From Amoebidium appalachense (lineage: Eukaryota > Protista > Ichthyosporea): a stretch of DNA of 22,874 bases. The notes below the pieces were generated by a model, which was given only the letters and a program-made list of their open reading frames with translations, did not search any database and was not told where the DNA came from. Every line of letters begins with the position of its first letter. The first letter of the stretch is position 1. Made by a program: the position numbers and the translations under genes. Location: contig CAVNZM010000061.1 of NCBI GenBank assembly GCA_963693365.1, positions 1 to 22,874 on the forward strand. Reading direction: 5' to 3'. Of the stretch, positions 1 to 20,742 are shown piece after piece.

Positions 1-604
1 TCGGTCGGTCACTCGTCGGTGCAGGTAGCTTGAAAGCGGGGCTGCCTGGGGGGCTACGTGCAGCCCCATCCCACCACACTTTCCATCCGTGCTTTTTGAA
101 GATGCGACAAATCTGGAACTCCCCCGGCAAAGTACCCACCACGGCAGGTATGCGACTGTAGTCCTTACTGCCAGGATACAGAGAAATGCGACCGAGCTTC
201 ACCGCCCAACCCTCACTCGAAAACGGATGATAGCTGTGAAGATCATAAATCTTCCATCGAGGACCACCAAATCTGAGAATCCAGGCTACAACTTCCGGGA
301 TGCCCATGTCGTTTTCGAATTCGTGTAGGTTGTAGTTCTTCCTGCAACTAGGACGTCCGTCGTCCAGTTCAATCAAAAAAACATAAACATGTTCTGAACC
401 CGTTGGCATCACCAAATATATGATCGGTGCGAGTTTTTTTTTTTGAGGATGACGATAAATACTCTGACGTGTGAGTAGCCTTTTACCGGTAAATATAACT
501 GACGGATCAACGTCGTTCGAAAGCCTAAATGTGGGTGGGTCGAGTGGTATGCTGCTCGGGAATGCACGAGTGATGAGCGCCAGAATATCGCCGTTAACAG
601 CCAT
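1..604 (-). CDS. Hypothetical protein, 5' part (at least 201 codons, runs off the left edge); weak resemblance to T5orf172/GIY-YIG-like domain
   Basis: Manual minus-strand translation from ATG at 604 (context AGCAACATGG) has no stop to position 1: MAVNGDILALITRAFPSSIPLDPPTFRLSNDVDPSVIFTGKRLLTRQSIYRHPQKKKLAPIIYLVMPTGSEHVYVFLIELDDGRPSCRKNYNLHEFENDMGIPEVVAWILRFGGPRWKIYDLHSYHPFSSEGWAVKLGRISLYPGSKDYSRIPAVVGTLPGEFQICRIFKKHGWKVWWDGAARSPPGSPAFKLPAPTSDRP. Non-repetitive sequence. The domain guess is low confidence. Confidence 0.7.
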   Translation of the reverse strand, partial: MAVNGDILALITRAFPSSIPLDPPTFRLSNDVDPSVIFTGKRLLTRQSIYRHPQKKKLAPIIYLVMPTGSEHVYVFLIELDDGRPSCRKNYNLHEFENDMGIPEVVAWILRFGGPRWKIYDLHSYHPFSSEGWAVKLGRISLYPGSKDYSRIPAVVGTLPGEFQICRIFKKHGWKVWWDGAARSPPGSPAFKLPAPTSDRP

Positions 605-719
605 GTTGCTGTGTGTGTTTTTGTGATGTGTGTAATTGTGAGCACCCTCTGCCTGTAAGACTGTCTGTGAGAGCGCTCTGTCTGTGTGCTTGTGCCACCG
701 TGTTGTAGCGCTCGTGCTT

Positions 720-887
<168 letters not shown>

Positions 888-1172
888 AATCGTTCCTAGG
901 AAAGCTCGTGCATGCGCGCGCTATGTTTTTTGTGTCCAGTCTAACAATGTTTGTGTTTAGCAGAACTCGTTTGTGTGTGTGCTCTGTTTTCGTATCCCAA
1001 ACAATCTACGATTGTGTGCATAAGCCTAAAATGTGCCTCGCACAGGGAAACATGAAGGACATTCTATGTATCTGTATTGGCTAAAAAAGGGGACAACTGA
1101 TAGCGCGGTGTGCACAGGTTATTATAACAAGTTTCTTTGTTGTTTTCGTCTAGCCTATTTGTAATTACAATG

Positions 1173-1374
1173 GAAACATGTACAACAGCAGCGCTGGGCG
1201 AAAGTGACACGAACTGATGTGGTGCGCCTGATTACGTTTGAAACATGCACAACAGCAGCGCTGGGCGAAAGTGACACGAATTGGTGTGGCGCGCTTGGTT
1301 ATGTTTGAAACATGTACAACAGCAGCGCCGGGCGAAAGTAACACGAACTGGTGTGGTGCGCTTGGTTATATTTG
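1173..1374. repeat. 67-bp tandem repeat, 3 copies
   Basis: GAAACATGYACAACAGCAGCGCYGGGCGAAAGTRACACGAA recurs at 1173, 1240 and 1307. Confidence 0.92.
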
Positions 1375-1494
1375 TTCGTTCGGGAATCAAGATGGACTCT
1401 TGTAATTTCTCCGTTGTATATAGAGCGCAAAGAGAGTGTTGAACATATATTCTCATTTCGCAAAGCTTGAAGCAAGCAAGAAAATCACGTTTTT

Positions 1495-2210
1495 GATGAC
1501 TGGCCAATTAATGTTTTGTTCAGTTTGGCCAATGGAATCACTGATTGGCGCGTACGTGATAATAAGCTAATCAGTGAGATCGGCTAATAATAGTTTGGGT
1601 AGCAAGGCCAGCCTGCCCAACCAAGACCCTTTTGCGAGTAACAATTGTGATTTATTCTAATAGGCAATAAATATTAAAAAAGCATAATTTATTTATGTTT
1701 ATTTATACTTTACGCGGACACAGACATTTGCTTGGAATTTTGGTTGGAAAGGGTCCTGTGAATCTGGTCTTCGAAAAGCGTTGCAGCCTTGAGTCACGGT
1801 GTATTGACCAACTAGATTGTACCAATGCCGATAAGCGCTTGCCTAGAGTACCAGTGCCCGATCACGTTGACCCAACCATTATTCACCAATCACCGATTGG
1901 TTTTGTTGGCTGGCGCATTTACGTGATGACTGGCCAATGAAATTACTTAGTGACTGATAGCAGCACCGACCCTGGAGCGTTTTGACTGAGCAAGGAATAA
2001 GGGAAATCCTAAAAGAGGGTTGTATGTTTTATGACATATAAGGTTCTATAAATAAACAACCATGCGCTTGGGATTTTGGTTGGAAAGCGTTTTGTATTTG
2101 CCCAATTTGAATCCGATGCTTCGATTTCGGTCAATCAGAATACCCTGAGCATCAGCGCCGCGAATCACGTGGGGCAAGAACCAACCCCTATGCACCAATC
2201 AAAACGCTTG
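1495..2210. promoter_or_regulatory. CCAAT-box-rich, AT-rich region between divergent genes (candidate promoter region)
   Basis: Multiple GGCCAAT, ACCAATC and ATTGG motifs (about 1503, 1528, 1544, 1886, 1896, 1933, 2195) plus degenerate direct repeats (TTTTGGTTGGAAAG near 1737 and 2074; GATGACTGGCCAAT near 1495 and 1925). Lies between ATG 604(-) and ATG 2851(+). Confidence 0.4.
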
Positions 2211-2515
2211 CACGTAAAAAGGTCCGCGAATAAGATGTTGTGAAAGCGTATATCCTTCGATGTTTTAAACTAGCGCTCGTTTTGTCCTGTATATTATATT
2301 TTTATTTCGTATATTCACCTTTTTTTATACAGTTTACCTGTGAACCAAACACGATTAGAGATATATTCGCTAACAGCGCCAAAAGGTTCTGTTTTTCTTA
2401 TGCTTGATTCTCGTAACATAAGATCGTATTTTGCGCAATGGCTTCACATAAATTATTGATGGCGGTTTTTTTATATCAGTTCACAGCGCTGTCATTTTCT
2501 ACTTTTCTGATTCTT

Positions 2516-2836
2516 TTGTTCATGGCTGTGTTTGCACACGACGGTGTTTGCCTAGAGAAACGTAACACTCTCTTTTTTTTTCTTTTTCTCTTGTTCACGA
2601 CTGGGTTTGCACAGGACTGTGTTTGCGCAGAGAAACGTAACACTCTTTTTTTTTACTTTTTCCTTTGTTCACAACAGAGAATCGTATTCGTAGCACTTTC
2701 TTTTTTTTTTTCCTTTTTCCCTTGTTTTTTTTTTCCTTTTTCCCTTGTTCACGACTGGGTTTGCACACGACTGTGTTTGCGCAGAGAAACGTAAGACTTC
2801 CTTTCTTTTTTTCCCTTTGTTTATCCTTTTTTTTTG
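2516..2836. repeat. ~75-bp degenerate tandem repeat with T-rich linkers, about 4 copies
   Basis: TGTTCACGACTGGGTTTGCACACGACTGTGTTTGCGCAGAGAAACGTAA-like unit at about 2517, 2592, 2666 (partial) and 2746. Confidence 0.85.
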
Positions 2837-2850
2837 TGAAAACTGTCACG

Positions 2851-4117
2851 ATGGATTATTCCCAGCAAGCTCCCGGGTCGGGGTCATACGAAACCAACAT
2901 CAGCAAGTCCGCCGACCCCGTCACAACGCAAGCCCCCCCCCCATCCAACTCCCCCCCACACTCCGGCGGCGAAGTCCTCTCCCCATCCAACCCCCCCACA
3001 CTTCGGCGGGGAAGTCCCCCCCCCCATCCAACCCCCCCCACACTTCGGCGGGGAAGTCCCCCCCCCATCCAACCCCCCCCCCACACTCCGGCGACACTGC
3101 TCCCGTCGATCCAAAAATGTTCGAAGAGTACTTGGAGACTGTGTTGCAGTCGAAAGTAGACAGTGCCATTGCCTCTGCATTGGCAAAGGTCGGTACTGCG
3201 GCCACTGCACCCGCTGTCACCACCCCAACCACCGAATTGCAGGAGAAGCTGGAAGCTGCAGAGAAAGAATTACAAACGAAGGATCACGACATCCAAATCC
3301 TTAAGGGGGAAATTGCCGAGCTAAAATCGGCGGCGGCCAAACAAAAACACCTTGCAGATGCAAAGGAACAGGTGTTATCGGCAAAGAATCGGGACCTCGA
3401 AGGGCAGCTTGTTGGAAAGGTGGCCGATATCCTGGAGCATCAGGCTGAAGGGGAAAGATACCGGGCCGAGATTACCAAGCTTCAGTCACACATTGCGACC
3501 ATGAGGGAATCATACCGTAGAACAATCGACGAGAGCACACAGAAACTTCGTGATTGGAATGACCCCCAGCCCCTCCCCGACATTACCGTCCAACACGGTC
3601 TCGCCCCCCCCTCCCCCCCCCCTGGTACGACCAATCAAAATCCCATCCCCACCCCTCCCCCCGCCCGGTACCACTCAGCCCAAAACCCCCCTCAACCTCC
3701 CCCTGCCCATTCTCCCCCCTCCCCCCACCCGGTTTTTCCATGCCCGTACCCCCCTTCAATCCGTCCCTCACCACCGTTACCAGCACCCAATCCCACACTT
3801 TTGGGGCCTCCATGATGTCGAACCCCTCTGCATATTCCCAGGGTTCAAAGAGAGGGGTGTCAGATAATTCTTTTGGTGTGTACAAACGGCACCGCCAGGA
3901 AGAGACGTCATTTGAGACGGCAGTAGATGAGGAATTGGAGGACATGATGGCTTTGGGCGAGAAGGTCGAGGGGAAGAAAGGGAAAGAAAGTGGTCGAGCA
4001 AAGAAACCAAAACCGAGTCAGAAACCAGCCCCTGCCCGCAGTGGCAGGACACGAGCAAAGCAAGTTTCAGATATACAGGTTATTCACGGGGACAGTGATG
4101 AAAACGATGAAGATTAG
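2851..4117 (+). CDS. Intronless proline-rich/coiled-coil hypothetical protein (~420 aa) with apparent frameshifts in poly-C runs
   Basis: Starts MDYSQQAPGSGSY at ATG 2851. A ~42-nt Pro-rich repeat follows, then a heptad-like region (ELQEKLEAAEKELQTKDHDIQILKGEIAELK...) in ORF 2745-3815, then a Lys-rich/acidic tail ending DSDENDED* in ORF 3740-4117. The frame switches coincide with C homopolymers (~2990-3085 and ~3605-3622). Confidence 0.7.
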
Positions 4118-4300
4118 GTTGGGAGTGGTGAGGGGTGTGTTTTGATTTTGTTGTATGTGTCAGGGGCTGGGTATGGCCACAGGGGCTGGCTGATGTATTT
4201 TAATATATGACTGTTGATACTGGTAGCACCTTACGGTTTCTGTATTTATGTTAACGAGCATCTAATGGATCATAGCATGTAGGCATCTTTTTTTTTCTGG

Positions 4301-4390
4301 TTCTGGATGGTTTAGTATCTTGTGGTTATTATATATGTACAAGTCTTCTGGATGGTTTAGTATCTTGTGGTTATTATATATGTACAAGTC
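4301..4390. repeat. 45-bp direct tandem duplication
   Basis: TTCTGGATGGTTTAGTATCTTGTGGTTATTATATATGTACAAGTC at 4301 and 4346. Confidence 0.95.
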
Positions 4391-4461
4391 TTGTTTTGCT
4401 GTTTTCAACCGATTAAATATCGATTGTATACAAAGAAGTCCAGGTCCCTTTTGGTACACAC

Positions 4462-4828
4462 TTGCATGCACGTTCAAAGTCTCCCCCCCCCCCCCCCCCC
4501 CCCTCCCCACACTCCCTCCCCGTGCATGCATGCCCGTGTGGCACACAGTTTGTGTGCTTTCATAAGTCTATCGATGCATGCACGTTCAAAGTCTCCCCCC
4601 CCCCCCCTCCCCCTCCCCACACTCCCTCCCCATGCATGCATGCCCGTGTGGCACACAGTTTGTGTGCTTTCATAAGTCTATCGATGCATGCACGTTCAAA
4701 GTCTCCCCCCCCCCCCCCCCCCCCCCCCCCTCCCCACACTCCCTCCCCGTGCATGCATGCCCGTGTGGCACACAGTTTGTGTGCTTTCATAAGTCTATCG
4801 ATGCATGCACGTTCAAAGTCCCCCCCCC

Positions 4829-4862
<34 letters not shown>

Positions 4863-5170
4863 CCACACTCCCTCCCCGTGCATGCATGCCCGTGTGGCAC
4901 ACAGTTTGTGTGCTTTCATAAGTCTATCGATGCATGCATGCCCGTGTGGCACACAGTTTGTGTGCTTTCATAAGTCTATTGCATGCACGTTCAAAGTCTC
5001 CCCCCCCCCCCCACCCCCCCCCCCCCCCCCCACCCCACACTCCCTCCCCATGCATGCATGCCCTTGTGGCACACAGTTTGTGTGCTTTCATAAGTCTATC
5101 GATGCATGCATGCCCGTGTGGCACACAGTTTGTGTGCTTTCATAAGTCTATTGCATGCACGTTCAAAGTC

Positions 5171-5227
<57 letters not shown>

Positions 5228-5322
5228 ACCCCACACTCCCTCCCCATGCATGCATGCCCGTGTGGCACACAGTTTGTGTGCTTTCATAAGTCTATCGATG
5301 TATATTGCATGCACGTTTAAAG
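4462..5322. repeat. Minisatellite with variable-length poly-C core (6 long units plus 2 short units lacking the poly-C)
   Basis: Unit GCATGCACGTTCAAAGTC-(C)n-CCCCACACTCCCTCCCCRTGCATGCATGCCCGTGTGGCACACAGTTTGTGTGCTTTCATAAGTCTA; the GCACACAGTTTGTGTGC hairpin segment occurs 8 times. Confidence 0.95.
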
Positions 5323-5325
5323 TAT

Positions 5326-5719
5326 TTATTTCCCCTCTTTTTGCACACACAGCTTTGCACACACAGCAACTGTCTTTTTATTGTATCCACTTTGGGTATG
5401 AAGCGCTGGCGCTGGGTTTGTCGTATACTCCACTTCGGGGCTTTTGTATGCAGCGCTTATTTCCCCTCTTTTTGCACACACAGCTTTGCACACACAGCAA
5501 CTGTCTTTTTATTGTATCCACTTTGGGTATGAAGCGCTGGCGCTGGGTTTGTCGTATACTCCACTTCGGGGCTTTTGTATGCAGCGCTTATTTCCCCTCT
5601 TTTTGCACACACAGCTTTGCACACACAGCAACTGTCTTTTTATTGTATCATTTTGGGTATGAAGCGCTGGCGCTGGGTTTGTCGTATACTCCACTTCGGG
5701 TCTTTTTGTATGCAGCGCT
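5326..5719. repeat. 131-bp tandem repeat, 3 near-identical copies
   Basis: TTATTTCCCCTCTTTTTGCACACACAGC starts at 5326, 5457 and 5588. Confidence 0.95.
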
Positions 5720-5742
5720 GGCGCGGTGACACGTCAATCGGA

Positions 5743-6015
5743 TTAAAAGTCCGAGTGACTTGTTTGTCTCAGAGCGGTGTCGTACTCCGCAGCACCCGTC
5801 TTCTTATTGAAATAGTATATGACTGCATACATCAATGGTGTAACCAATAAACATGTGAGGACAATAGCAGCGCTGACGTACACCAGATACATTTTGTTCA
5901 CTTTCTCTCTAGCATTCGGTTCGGACTTCATTAAATTGTACCAGTGTATATTTGCAACGACACTGCATATAGATATCACATAAAGAATGCCTGTGGTGAC
6001 CGTGCTGTCGAACAT
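5743..6015 (-). CDS. Possible small membrane protein (90 aa from first ATG; two hydrophobic segments)
   Basis: Non-repetitive ORF with GILYVISICSVVANIHW and MYLVYVSAAIVLTCLLVTPLMYAVIYYF followed by NKK. The frame stays open upstream to about 6156. No family recognised. Confidence 0.4.
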   Translation of the reverse strand: MFDSTVTTGILYVISICSVVANIHWYNLMKSEPNAREKVNKMYLVYVSAAIVLTCLLVTPLMYAVIYYFNKKTGAAEYDTALRQTSHSDF

Positions 6016-6319
6016 GTACGTGTACCTCACAAAACTTTCAGTATCCGACGTGTTACACCCCAAAAGTGACCTCTCTGAGATCTTGCCTGTGGTACAAACT
6101 CTTGATGCCGTGTTGCTCTTGTGTTTTACCAGTACCCCTCTCTCCAGATGCCGAATTTAGATTGGAATTCGTGAATACACCCATGTGATTGGTCAGTGGT
6201 TTGGCACCAAGAGATTGATTGATATGCCATCAACCAGTCAACAAAAAGTACTCGCTTTTACTTTTTGTCTCGCTTCACCCCAATCCAAGAACAGTGCACA
6301 CCAAAACAAAACACTAGAA

Positions 6320-6802
6320 ATGGGAGACGCACTTTTGCGCCCCGATTCGGTTGACCCCGAACGATGCCCTGCATTTGCACCCTCAAAAAAAGCCCAGTGC
6401 AAAAACAAAAAGAAAACATGCCCACACCACAAGGACGGCTTCAAGCCCTGGGTATGCTTTGCCCCTGCCACCGGTGTCCTCCTCTACAGCGACAACACCA
6501 TCAACATCCTCCGCCCCCACAAGGCCGGGGACTATGCTCATGCAAACCTCCTGCTGGACGACCTCCTGGCCGCCTTTACAGTCGCAGAAATGCAGCGCCC
6601 TCGCACCGAGCGCACCGGGGTACCCGCGCTGACTGTGTCCACTCCGGATCCACCCATGGGTGCACCACAGCCACCGGTTGCAGCTGCAGCGGTGGGTGTG
6701 GGCAGGGAAAATGGGTACTGCCAGGGCAAAACCAAGGCTGGCAATCCCTGCAAAAACAGGGTGAAATCTACGACCCATTGCCATAAGCACAAGCCCAAAT
6801 AA
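6320..6802 (+). CDS. 160-aa protein with two C-C-C-H zinc-finger-like motifs (DUF5763/WRC-like spacing)
   Basis: ATG 6320 (GAAATGG). Motifs CPAFAPSKKAQCKNKKKTCPHH near the N-terminus and CQGKTKAGNPCKNRVKSTTHCHKH at the C-terminus; the second fits the CxGxTKxGxxCxN...CxxH pattern. Intronless. Confidence 0.75.
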   Translation: MGDALLRPDSVDPERCPAFAPSKKAQCKNKKKTCPHHKDGFKPWVCFAPATGVLLYSDNTINILRPHKAGDYAHANLLLDDLLAAFTVAEMQRPRTERTGVPALTVSTPDPPMGAPQPPVAAAAVGVGRENGYCQGKTKAGNPCKNRVKSTTHCHKHKPK

Positions 6803-7234
6803 AAAAACCACCCACACACCCACACGTGCCAACATACACTATCCTCCCCGTGAGTGGCATGCCAGTCTCCCCAGCCCCCCTGCTCCCCAGCCCCCCAGTC
6901 CCCCCAGCTCCCCTGCTCCCCTGCTCCCCTGCCCCCCTGCTCCCCTGCCACATGCACACCCACACACTGGGTGGCCCCCCTGCCCCCCTGCCTGCCGGAA
7001 CCAGGCCCCCCAGTGGTGGCATTCCAACACGTGCATGCTAGAAGATCGTGCTACATGAACAAATGGTCTTAACTCAGCCATACATGGGGGATGGTTCCCC
7101 CACTCTCCCCAGCCTCCTGTGCACGTGTGCCTCCCCCGACCCCCTGCCTCCCCTGCACGTGTGCCCCCCCTCCTGCCGGAACCACGGCCCCCAGTGGTGG
7201 CAGCCAGTGCCTTACATGCTAATCTATTCTATGG

Positions 7235-7326
7235 CCACATGGCCAGATGGCCAGATTGTTTTGACTTCAGGTGGATCCCCCCCCCTGCTCACAGACTGAA
7301 TTTGATCTGGCCATCTGGCCATCTGG
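7235..7326. repeat. Inverted repeat / hairpin with 22-bp arms (21/22 match)
   Basis: 7235-7256 CCACATGGCCAGATGGCCAGAT versus 7305-7326 ATCTGGCCATCTGGCCATCTGG; inner TTCAG/CTGAA pair. Confidence 0.85.
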
Positions 7327-7420
7327 GTATAAACCGTTTTCTGTTCTAATATTGGAGAACTGTCGATAGTGATAGAAAATGTCATTGGAAGAACAATCGG
7401 GAAATCCCGCGGTGTGACAA

Positions 7421-7555
7421 CCAATCAGAATGAAGCAACTGTGGGCTCTGAGTCATACTGCGCAGATAATTGGTGCGCGTGCAGCCAATGGCATGGCTTC
7501 CCGCCAAATATTGCGCCATGCATGATCATGATGCGACCTGGCTGTGCTGAGTCAT
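7421..7555. promoter_or_regulatory. Putative HIS7 promoter: CCAAT boxes plus two Gcn4/AP-1-type elements (CTGAGTCAT = ATGACTCAG on the minus strand)
   Basis: CCAAT at 7421 and 7485; CTGAGTCAT at 7448-7456 and 7547-7555, 190-300 bp upstream of the ATG. Confidence 0.6.
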
Positions 7556-7657
7556 CAGCCGAGCCCTAACCCTGACAGACACACGCACGTACGACGAAAC
7601 GACAGTCTGTGCGATAAGCAGTACGCGTAAGGTCGTAGGGTTGACTGGTCGCAAAAG

Positions 7658-7730
7658 GTAAAGTGGGTTATTTGGTGGAAGAGAGTGGGTAGGGGAGGTG
7701 GGGAGAAGGCCTCTGACGGGTCTTGTTCAG
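7658..7730 (+). other. Probable 5' UTR intron of HIS7 (73 nt)
   Basis: AAG|GTAAAG donor, G-rich body, CTGAC branch motif at 7713, TTCAG| acceptor 14 nt before the ATG. After splicing an in-frame TGA (7642-7644) lies upstream, so there is no N-terminal extension. Confidence 0.6.
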
Positions 7731-7744
7731 GGTACACAGGCAGG

Positions 7745-18911
<11,167 letters not shown>

Positions 18912-19844
18912 CAGGGGGGTACACGGGGCACAAGGCACATATGTACTGTGACCGGGTGCAAATAGTATACACACAAGACTTAGGGCACACCAAGGGTTTG
19001 CTGTTGGGTGTGCGTGTGGTATGTAAGCACATGCAGGCTAGAGATTCGCCCTTGCGTGTGTGTGATATGCCATGCAGTCTATCGGTGTGCCCTGTGTGTG
19101 GATGAATGTAATGGCAGCTGATTGTTCATGGACGACATTGAGTTACTACGGCGTGATGGTTGGCTTACAGGCTGGGCCCGAAGCTTTCATAAACAAATGC
19201 TGCACTGCACCCTGGCTGCTCATGGATCCCCCCCCCCCCCCCCCCCCCCCCAAACCCCCCCTTTGGTATTACGGTGCACAAGCTATTTTTAATCGTTTCA
19301 CACATATTATAGTGACACCCTTCAAGGCTTTACTTCGCGATCGAACCGATTATTATTATTCAACTTTTCCCAGCCCTCCGACTGGCAGCCTTCGAAGTCA
19401 ACGTAGCGTGGCAGGTGGGGTCACCGGGTGCTTTCTCTGCTCTTCCACACAGGAGACATGAACCCATCCCCGATGTGATCTCGCCCCCTGATACCCCTGA
19501 TTCATGCATATGTATGACTGTTGAAGTAATGATTAAGGTATTGCTAAGCAGCTTGCAGCATATCAAAAGGTTCCCGGCACTTGCCCTGGCATGTGCTTCA
19601 GAAACGTCCCTTATGTAACCCAGCTACACAAATATTTGTGACACATAAAAAGCATACCTGAGGCGACAGACAGAGTAAAATATTCCCGTTACATATCGGC
19701 GGCTGCTCAGCACTTTTCGTTATTATCATATGAAAGTAGTATAAGCCGTGTAGTCGTGTGTCAAAGTGTGCAAGTGTTACAGTAGTGCAAGCAGGCAGGC
19801 GCCTCTAACGGTTGGATTTTGCGACTTCTGTGGGTGTTGCACCA

Positions 19845-19882
19845 GGTGTGTGTGTGCGTGTGTACGTGCACGTGCGCGCGCG

Positions 19883-19951
<69 letters not shown>

Positions 19952-19980
19952 CTATGCATATGGTGCGTGTGTGTGTGTAC
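19845..19980. repeat. (GT)n microsatellite
   Basis: Directly visible. Confidence 0.93.
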
Positions 19981-20351
19981 GGGGGCTGTGTGTGAGTGTG
20001 TGCGGGAACCGCAGCTCGCATGGTTGTATTTGTGTGCACAACTTTGACACTGTGTGTGTTCTGATGTGTGTCCTTGCAAGGGTGTGCTGTGCTTGTTTGT
20101 GCACTGAGGTGTGCACGTGCGCATGCGTCAGGGCAATGTGGCACACAGCTATCAATCACATCTTTCAAACTCGCAATTTCCCGTTGTTTCCCTCATTCAA
20201 CATCACATCTAAGTCATATCTTCCAAGCGTTCTCGTCGTTTCACCTCAGCGCTGCATTCTTTGATGGAGTATCGGTGCGTCTAGCAGCATTTCACGGCAG
20301 AGCAGACGAGGTGGCAAGGGGGCTTCCCTACCACCTACTGAGGCGGTGTCT

Positions 20352-20353
<2 letters not shown>

Positions 20354-20394
<41 letters not shown>
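20354..20394. repeat. Poly-T run of 41 nt (poly-A on the minus strand)
   Basis: Directly visible. Confidence 0.95.
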
Positions 20395-20398
<4 letters not shown>

Positions 20399-20689
20399 AA
20401 AAGGGACGCCTGAGTAGATGTTAAAACGTCGCACGTGCGGCAACACGTCAGTACGTGTTAGATAGTTACGTGTCCTCCACTTCTTTGTTCTTGACCATTT
20501 TTTCGGCATGAAAGGGTTTCTGTTACTTCTTGCTGTCCTTCTTAGCGTGCTTGCTTGTCTTTTTTTCAACATGGGTGTCACTGACGCTTTCGATTTCTTT
20601 GAAATCACACGTGTACGTGGACACAAGCACGAATGCATACACCCACACCCATACTCACACTCACACCCACAGCTCATGCTCACACTCAA

Positions 20690-20692
<3 letters not shown>

Positions 20693-20742
<50 letters not shown>

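Noticed and set aside
89-328. + strand 79-aa ORF (and the minus-strand ORF 409-645)
   Set aside because: Shadows of the longer minus-strand frame starting at 604.
4262-5850. Pro/His/Cys-rich ORFs over the poly-C and 131-bp arrays
   Set aside because: Repeat-derived; frames shift with unit length and show no domain signal.
7564-7572. Telomere-like CCCTAACCC (also CTAACCCTAACCCT at about 12540)
   Set aside because: Only 1.5-2 units; the intronic one overlaps branch-point-like CTAAC words. Too short to call an interstitial telomere or telo-box.
7685-7744. N-terminal extension or transit peptide suggested by ORF 7685-8794
   Set aside because: It starts at GTG inside a probable UTR intron; the spliced leader has an in-frame TGA, and homology begins just after Met 7745.
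19360-19630. Minus-strand ORF remnants, including a GWVHVSC zinc-finger-like word
   Set aside because: Short, interrupted by stops, with no convincing start, splice sites or complete motif.
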